64,000 nt of DNA from Lingula anatina. Its lineage: Eukaryota > Animalia > Brachiopoda. Location: assembly GCA_051362555.1 (NCBI GenBank), contig CM120645.1, positions 372,001 through 436,000 on the forward strand, given 5' to 3'. The position numbers and the translations under genes were made by a program. Positions 55,482-64,000 of this stretch are shown here, in pieces. Position 1 is the stretch's first letter. The number at the start of each line of letters is the position of its first letter. Below the pieces are notes generated by a model. The model made no database searches and had not been told where the DNA came from. It worked only from the letters and a program-made list of their open reading frames with translations.

Positions 55482-56804
55482 AGAAAATTCAGTGTGGAAT
55501 GTGTTGAATTGCTAGGTCGCTTAATACGGTCGTCAATGTACAGTTAACGATGCATATTTGTTGCACTTTTACCATTTTGTGTCAGACCTACAGAAGGGGG
55601 ATTTGTCAATTATTTTAAAAGTGATATATAGTTAACTTATACGTTTCTTTATCAATTCCTCGCACTTTGTTTATTTGGTAGATAGCTATTGTGAATCAGA
55701 AAAATAATTCATTAGAATATTATTTACAACAAAAATTAATTTAACTACATATAAAATTCTATTTTTCAACGACTCATTAAAGAACGTGAGATTTGCGTGG
55801 TTAAACTAATGTAATGGAATTCGTGACGGAAGCGTGCTCAATACTTTAAGATAAAAAATGCAGGATTGAGATAATAAAAAACGAAAATGAAAAGTGCGCA
55901 CGGACAAAAGTTGCCAGACAATAAACGCGTTTTGATGCATCAGTTTGGATGAAATAGAAATTACTAAACACTGGACAATTATGCAAAACATCACCTACAT
56001 CTTTATGTTTTTCACAGTGATAAAACCTATCCAGGCTCATGTGATCATAATAATTATATTTTTAGGTTTTTTGCAATTGTTTCCTTCACGATTTGCACAA
56101 ATATTGATACGCTGAGAAAACAAAACCCAAAACTGCCGGAGATAACGAAAAACGGACTTTATTCTAAAATTATTATTTTATACTTTTACACAATCTATAT
56201 TAATAAGTGACGCAATGCCCAAAGACATACGTGTGTATAGGACTATACATGCAATGTATAATACGTACTACTGGACAAACAATACACCTACTTATAAAAC
56301 TAGTTTTCTCTTAACCTGTATTTTTACAACCGATTAAAATATCTATTAAGTATATATGTATATTAAAAAGACGCACCATCTAAATTCGAGATCATGTATG
56401 TAGACTTAAAGATACGGAAACATTTCATCCCGTCCCGAAGTTTAGTCCAAAATGCAACCCAGAAAAACGTGTTGAAAATGGAACATGTGAAGCTGGTATT
56501 AATGAAATTATGTCAGGCATGCAGACAAAACCATTGTCAGGAATTACTTCATCCCATTTTAATAGCTACTTTCATCTCTAATGCGCAACTAACTGAGCAT
56601 ATTATAACAATTTATCAAAAAGACCAAAAGGGGCACGTTTCACCACATGGAGCTTTTAAGTAAAAATTATTCTTACAATCTGGTTTGTACGTGCCGCTTT
56701 TAAACAATAAAATAACATCTTCTGATAAATTATTTTGGGCAACTATGAAATGGTGTTTTGTCTACGATATCTGACGATCATGAGATCTATATATATTCTA
56801 TGCG

Positions 56805-57119
56805 CTATATATCACCACCAGGAGGCAGCACATTACCAGGACCTCTGTCCTTATCAACATACTCCACCTCCACATCTCCTTCACGTATTATCTTATAGGT
56901 GATAACAGCCTGGCCGGGAATGACACGCTTTATAACTGTCTCGTCACCCATGTCTTCTTTGGTCATCACGGAGCCATCGTGTTCATCTACGTGAGTCGAT
57001 TTCGAAAATGGTGGTTTGAACATGTTTCCTTGAGATTTAACTATTGACCCATTAGAGCCTGCGTCATCAAAACAAACGGCAGCCATACTGGAGGGAGACC
57101 GGAATCGTCTGCTGCGCAT
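56805..57119 (-). CDS. Possible small uncharacterised protein, ~104 aa
   Basis: GC-richer ORF behind acceptor CTACAG (57133-34); upstream donor GTGAGT (57567) and TATAAAAG (57636-43). Confidence 0.45.
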   Translation of the reverse strand: MRSRRFRSPSSMAAVCFDDAGSNGSIVKSQGNMFKPPFSKSTHVDEHDGSVMTKEDMGDETVIKRVIPGQAVITYKIIREGDVEVEYVDKDRGPGNVLPPGGDI

Positions 57120-58026
57120 GAACAAGCCATGTCTGTAGTTCAGTTTTCGTTTTCTGTATTTTTTTTCATATTTAACCGAGCAAAATGATGAATTACTGCA
57201 GTGTATTTGATCGAGAGAAGGTAACTTACTTTACAAGCGTTCACAGACTGCCTGCAGTGGTAAAAATCCATGGTGAAGGAACTAAAACCATAAACGGAGG
57301 AGAGACGGCGAGGTGGCTTTGAATCAAGACTCTTCGGAAAAGTAAAGGATAAAACTAATTTATTTAATAGCAAAGAATGAAGAGCCAACTGTGCAGATTT
57401 ACCGTAAACGAAAAAACAGTAGAACACCAAAGACCTAGGTGTGTACGTTTGGGGCGCACGTATATATTTAAAGTAGTGCCCAAAAAGTGTGGATGGAGAG
57501 TGTGTTAATTTGTTAAAACGTGTGGAAATACCCAGGCAGGGTTTCGACTTTTATAATGAAGACTCACCTATTGCCTTGGGTGTAATTTGTTATCAGTTAC
57601 GGTGCTCTCTAGCTTTTATCGGCTGTCACCTACCTCTTTTATACCTGGTTAGCATTATTCCCAATTAGTGTCAAGGCTATATTTGTACTGTACACAGCTG
57701 AGCTGGGCCAATTAAATCAATTACCTGTATGAAGTGTATTTGGAAGTTGGTGGCTTAATTTTCGATTTGGTGTAGTGATAAGAGTAATTTTATTTTGCAA
57801 GTAAATTCTACCTCAGGTGTAATTGACATATAACTTTAATAACCTCATGAAATAATTTTGCACTTTCCTCTGTAAAAATGTTAAATTCTGCTCCTTTCAA
57901 CTGTATTGTTGTAAGTTATAATATGAATAAAAATCACTATTGTTATCTTTCTATTAATTTAGATTTACATGTAGGAAATTGATCAGGCATTTCCCACCAA
58001 GCCACACTGATTGGGTGCAAGTAAAT

Positions 58027-58030
<4 letters not shown>

Positions 58031-58081
<51 letters not shown>
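58031..58081. repeat. Poly(A) tract, ~50 nt
   Basis: Seen directly. Confidence 0.9.
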
Positions 58082-58082
<1 letters not shown>

Positions 58083-58388
58083 GGAAGCTTTTGATGACAG
58101 GTACAAAAGGCAGCTAGATGACACACAAGGTAGAAGCAGCAAAAAATATTCCTAGATCTCTGTGACCAGCTGAGGAGACAGGATCTGAACATCAGGAGAG
58201 TGAAATCCAGTGCATGACAGGAGTTATTGAAGCAACACTCAGAACTCAGCATTTCATGTTCACTTTTATTCATACAAAATGTGCACTTTTCCTATATGTT
58301 TAAGCTAATGGTTGCAGAAATCAATTCATGAACTGAATTATTATTTTACATTGGACATCATAAATACATGATTGTGAAAAATGCCTTG

Positions 58389-59111
58389 CTTCTGTGAATG
58401 ACTGAATAATAATAAAATCCTAACTATGTTGCTTATATGAATGGTTGCATTCATGGTGAATATTAAACTCTCTCAAACAACAGTCTCGTTACATGTGCTT
58501 TCTAATGAACCAAAATGAAGTAGAAGAATGCTGAAATAATTTAAAAAGTTGATGATGGTATAGAGCAAATGTTCTGCATACTTTACTTCTGTACTGTATA
58601 AACAATAGCATCTGAAAATCCCCAATATAGTTAGGCTTTACATTAAAAAAAGAGAACAACAAATACCTGATATTGCAGTTTTAAAGTAAATTTAAAATAC
58701 ATGAATTTTGTTCACTGAATACCTAGCAAAATTTTCTCAATGCAAATGGTATATAAAATTTTATAAAATAAGTTTGATACAATACTTTTTATGACAGTAG
58801 ATGTATTTTGAAAACTTATTTACAACACAACTCACCAGCTTTATTTTGATACAAAGGACACGTCTCTTTCATCATTGACATAGTTTCTTTTGCTCCATTG
58901 ATATCAAGTGTATAGTCCCATGGCAAATTCCCATTCTCTAAGTCCCACTTAACTGAGGTTTGAGGATATTTGTAGTGCCTAACAAATGCTTCTGTGAATG
59001 ACTGAACTAATAATAAAATGCTAACAATGCTGCTTATATGAATGAACAACAGTCTTGTTACATGTACTTTCTAATGAACCAATATGAAGTACAAGAACGC
59101 TGAAATAATTT
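58389..59111. repeat. Dispersed direct duplication (58389-58542 and 58989-59111; partial third copy near 59291-59370)
   Basis: Shared GCTTCTGTGAATGACTGAA..., GTTACATGT.CTTTCTAATGAACCAA, GCTGAAATAATTT. Confidence 0.8.
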
Positions 59112-59618
59112 CTGACAGCTTCACGATGTAAAGATAAGTCATAACTAACAGCAATATTTCATGTCATAAGACAATCATACATTCTTCCTTGAATCCACAA
59201 GGGTTTATCCTAATGATCAGCTCAATTTTTTTTATATCTATCCTTTATGAAAACAGTTGCTTCTATTTATGGTTAAACTTATGATTACACATTAAACTCT
59301 CTCAAACTATAACTGTTATTACCCAATGAACAAGAAAAATGAAGTTCAAGATAACTGAACTATCTTCTGACAACACGATGTTGGGTAAGTAGCATTTAGT
59401 AGGATTTCACGTTTTTAGACTGTCTTGAGTTCATATCGGTCGATCCCGCTGATCAGCTGAAGCCTCAGCTTGTATATATCCTTTTCCCTTTGGTGTCCTT
59501 GATCGTGATATGAAGTTTACTTTATTTTATTTGGTTTACCTATATTTACGCTACTATTCCCCGTCGTTCATTCCCTCCAGCATGGCCGCGGGACTAGTGT
59601 TACGGAGCAAATATGACG

Positions 59619-62600
59619 TCACTGTAATCGGTTAATAGTGGGCAAGTTACTGGGAGGTGGGCCACCATTATGATTTTGTTGGCCATTTTGTGACTGTTCT
59701 GAATCGCCAGTTTTTAGGTTGGTAGGCTGAGTTTGCCTCCAGAAGTCTTGGAAACCATAGTGTTCTTCAGGGCTGATGTCTCCACGCTCTGGTCCCCTGT
59801 CATCATCACCTCTCCGCACAGTATCAAATCCCTGTCCCTGATTGGTTGGAAGACCCACATTCAGAGGAGGAACGAGAGCCTGAGGAGCTTGCTGCTTGGT
59901 TGGCAGTGATATGCCAGAGGTAAAACCACTCTTGTGCTCAGTGAATTTCTCCTGCGGGTTTGATTTATCATCCATGTGCACTTTCATAAACTTCATGCCT
60001 CTGTTCTTTATGACATCAATAAGTTTGCCGTCTTTATTCACAAAAGCGTTAGGTTTAGAATCAACATCGTCAAGATATGGGAACAATGGAGATACTGGTG
60101 TTGTCAAGACTTTGCTCTCTTCTGGATTGTCGACTGAGGAATCTACAACGTCGGAGTCAACCCCATCTTTATCTTTATCATCATCCCGCCAAGAGGCGAC
60201 ACCGGTGGGCTGTGAACGAAGTACGGCAGACCCGGGAATGGCTGTCTCTGGTCGTACGCACGTGCGATGATCGTAATCGAGTACAAGATTTCCAGGGCAG
60301 TAGCACTTAAAACTCCCTACAATGTTGGTACAATTGTGACTGCAGGGCCGGAAGTGATCACATTCATTCACATCTGAAATTACAATGATGAATGTAAAAT
60401 ATCAATCTAAATGTCAATAGTTCAAAAGATGTTAAAATGACTTCAAGCAAGATTACGTATTAATATACTGACTTATTTCAGCTCAGAATAAAAACTTAAA
60501 TTACGGTCGAAAATTTAAGATTAATTTCACTATGATCTGATCTTTTTTTTAAGAACACCCCGGAGACGCACCTAATTGGCACGTTCTGCCATGGTAACCA
60601 GGTTTACAGAGACAGCGATGATTGACACAGACGCCATTGTTCTGACAACGAGGGCTACAAGCCGAGTCTGAAATGACAAAATATATAGTGGTAATTCATC
60701 TATGAAGCAACTAAAATACATCGAAAGTACAGATATTTCAGTTCCATGTTTCTCATTTTTGAAAGATACTCATACAAGTAGAATAGACTGGTGGATTGCA
60801 TTAGTAACTTTATAAATCATTCAGAACTCAAAAACAGACTGAAAAATTGAAATTTTTAACAGTGTTGGGCTGGATCGCTAAAGTGAACGAGAACATTTTT
60901 TCTTAAAAAGTTAGGACCTTACACCCACATGTATTTAAATGGATTGTGCAATTTCAAAAGAAAGTATAAACAAAATACAAGCACCCCTTCCCACTATTCA
61001 TGACCTGCAGGCTTTGTGATCATATTGTTGTGGTAGAGGAAGCATTGTGTTGGAATGTGATCAGATTGTGGTAGAGAAGCCGCTGTGTTGGGATGTGATC
61101 AGCTTGTGGTAGAGGAGCCATTGTGTTGGGATGTGATTGTTGTTCCACTTACTGGAGCATGTCCTTTTGTCAGAGTTGAGTCTGGCTCCTGGAGGACACA
61201 AACACACGTAACTTCCATATGTGTTCCTACAGATACTCTCACACAGGTTGTCACCATGGTCCTTACATTCATCAATGTCTATACCGTGACAGGAAAAGCA
61301 GAAAATTACTCAGCACATTTCATTTATAATATATTTATATACAAGTAAAGCACTTGGAGGGTTCAGACCTCTATCAAGGGAAGCTCATTTCTTAACATTA
61401 TTTATTATGGATCACCTCTAAAATCAAACTGATTCTAAGAAAGTCCATTTTTAACATATCATAATATTTCTACAACAATCGTTGAGTAATTTTTTGAGTT
61501 AGGCCACTAATTAACAAACCAACAAAATATGTTGATGCATGACCGGATTGTGTTAGGGAAGCCATTGTGTTGAGATGTGCCTTACCATCTTGACAGCTGT
61601 CTCCTCTAAATCCTGGTCTACAGTAACAGCGTCCCTGTCTGCAAGTTCCGCCATTCATACAGTCTGGCATGCAACCAATAGCTAGGCAAAACAATTGACA
61701 AATATCATGAATTACAAAACACATTTCTCATGTCAAATTATACAGTTGTCAGCAAGAATAACCCAAGCTTTGAAGTTCAAAACATTGAGGTGGTACTAAA
61801 ACAGGTAATGAAATGTAACTTACAATTTCTGTTATGACTACAAGACTTGCTTTAATTCTTCAAAAATGAGGAAGTAAATAACAAAATAAAATAATTGGTA
61901 AGTATAAAACTTGTCAAAGCAAAATGGATGAAATTTATGCACCATGAAATATTTTCAGAATGATCTTTTTCACTCACGTTTGCAGGATCTCCTGTCTGCA
62001 TTGAGAGTGTAACCAGAGGGACACGTGCACATGAAGCTGCCAAATGTGTTACGACACTGGTACTGACAATACCCACGCCTCTCCTCACACTCATTGATAT
62101 CTGAATGTAATAAAACAAATCATGTTATGACACTGGTACTGGCAATACCCACGCCTCTCCTCACACTCATTGATATCTGAATGTAATAAAACAAATCATG
62201 TTATGACACTGGTACTGACAATACCCACGCCTCTCCTCACACTCATTGATATCTGAATTATAAAACAAATCATGTTATGACACTGGTACTGACAGTAGTC
62301 ACAAGTTTAACAAAAGCTAATTCAGTTGTAAAGTATAGATTTCCAGACCATTCAATCAAAGGTAAAGTCTACTAATCAACACTGCACCTGTCTGACAAGT
62401 CTTTCCAGTCACCCCAGGTCGACACAAACATCTGCCATCCACACAGGAACCTCCATTGGCGCACTGTGGACTGCACTCCCTACTGGTTGGCCTTTCTGGT
62501 CTCCCATGGCGACGCTGCTCACAACGACCTCCTCTCATCACCCATCCTCGAGGACACACCACATTTGGCGCCTGGGGACGACTTTGGAACTGTGGCGGAG

Positions 62601-64000
62601 CTGGTGTTGTTGTGGTCGTTCTCACTGGCTGGCGAGACTGGGGACGAGGTTGACGTACAACTTGGGGTGTAGGCTGTCTTGGTTGTAGAGGTCTCTGTGG
62701 TACATTGCTGCCACAGTTCCCACCCTTACATGGCTGACTTGAGGTGTCAGGTCTTTGTGGTTTACCTGAGGTTTGTGTTGTCTGACCACCATTAGAGAAA
62801 ACCTGCCAGGGCCAAGGCAGGTTACAGCTTACTGTAGACACACAGGGCACAGACTGTACTGATGATATCCCAGGAGCCTGTGGCCAAAATGGCTGCTGCA
62901 GCACTGCCCCAGGGGGTAAGCAGTCAGTGTCTTGACAAGGCTGTGGAACCACTGCAGCCTGCTGAATGCAATCTGGGACCAGACATGGCTGCGGTAATCC
63001 ACTAGGCTGAATACATCCAGAGTCTTGACATGGTGGTGTCATTACAGGACCTGACTGAACACAGTCTGTAGTCTGACATGGTTGTGGAGCCTGAGGTACT
63101 GATGCTGCTATGGTCTTCTTCTGGCAGCCTGAGCCTATGCAAGGAGGCATCATCTTATCTGGCATCTTAGGAAAGCAGTCAGGGCCCACACATGGCTGAG
63201 ATGGAACAGGTTGAGGCGCTACTGGTACCGTCTGCTGCCAGGCTACAGGACCACAGTTTGACACACAGGGTACCTGTTGCCATGGCAACACAGCCTGGCC
63301 ACTGCAGTCACTGGTACAGGGCTGGGGCACAACTGGACCTACTGCTGACACACAACTGACCCCATAACATGGCTGACCCTGAACTTGACCTACTGACCCC
63401 TGTGACTGAGGTTGCCATGCATTGTTCCTTGCCCCTGGCGTCAGCTGCGGCATGGAGGCCTGACTGTATATGACCTGCTGGTTCATTGTGGCAGCAGGCT
63501 TTCCCTGGGGTTGCCATGGAAACCCAGGACCCTGCTGACAGTTACCTTGGTAACAGGGCTGTTGCTGGTTGGCATAGTTTCTTTGAGGGTTAAAAGACTG
63601 GAAGTTTGGGGTTGGGTTATACTGAGAACTCTGTCCCTGACTCAGGCACCTTCCAGAGGTGCAAGGTGAGGTGATGCCTGGACCCATATACTCCTGGAAG
63701 GCCTGCTCCATAGCTGGGTACTGCGTGAACAAAGATGGCTGAGCCATGGTCCTGTAGGAAGAAAATCTAATAAAGGGATTACTGCTGAAACCAGGCTGGT
63801 AGTAATTTGAATATCCTGATCCTGTGTAACTGGCCCAGTAGGGGATGTCTGCTTGAGCTCTGGTAGGTGGAGTGACCTTGACATTGACCTTGGGGTCAGG
63901 GGCGACCTTGGTTTCAAGACCCCCATTGCTCCGGTGATGCATGCCTCCAAAGATGTTTGTAGTATCATCTGAAGGGTTGATGGGATAGTTGAATTGTGGA
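59619..64000 (-). CDS. 5'-partial extracellular protein: long Q/P/C-rich region, three EGF+cbEGF pairs, acidic low-complexity tail; exons 62388->64000, 61978-62100, 61586-61681, 61153-61278, 60572-60667, 59619-60373
   Basis: Frame stays open to the window edge; phase-1 introns; CSPQCANGGSC, DINECEE..CRNTFGSFMC, CMNGGTC, DIDECK..NTYGSYVC, CQNNGVC, DVNECD..NIVGSFKC. Confidence 0.9.
61015..61137. repeat. ~38-bp x3 degenerate tandem repeat starting just inside a donor site
   Basis: Unit TGTGATCAGCTTGTGGTAGAGGAGCCATTGTGTTGGGA. Confidence 0.8.
62053..62294 (-). repeat. 76-bp x3 tandem repeat spanning a cbEGF exon acceptor
   Basis: ATTCAG|ATATCAATGAGTGTGAGGAG recurs with AG at 62101-2, 62177-8 and 62253-4. 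Confidence 0.95.

Noticed and set aside
58031-58081. Poly(A) tract as a retrocopy tail
   Set aside because: No upstream polyadenylation signal, recognisable body or target-site duplication found

Overview
AT-rich, intron-containing animal genomic DNA, probably a marine invertebrate; the taxon is inferred from gene content and a Helentron/Pearl-type element. There are no prokaryotic features, rRNA, tRNA or CRISPR. Genes reconstructed by hand from GT/AG sites: a class-A peptide GPCR with an intronless CDS (-), a 4-exon secreted protein with two WSC-like 'GGPWAN' domains (+), a STELLO/DUF288-like glycosyltransferase (-), complete 13-exon RFT1 (-) head-to-head with a 9-exon MAGE/NSE3 (+), a 2-exon ANKRD61-like ankyrin/SOCS-box gene (+), a possible small orphan gene (-), and the 3' part of a Gln/Pro/Cys-rich protein with alternating EGF/cbEGF modules (-). 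Intergenic DNA holds a Helentron-type element, several MITEs, a Tc1 remnant, a mosaic local duplication and microsatellites. The most striking signal is that duplications repeatedly copy exon-intron junctions (splice site plus partial exon) in three different genes. This leaves up to 10 near-identical decoy splice sites in the intron next to the functional one.
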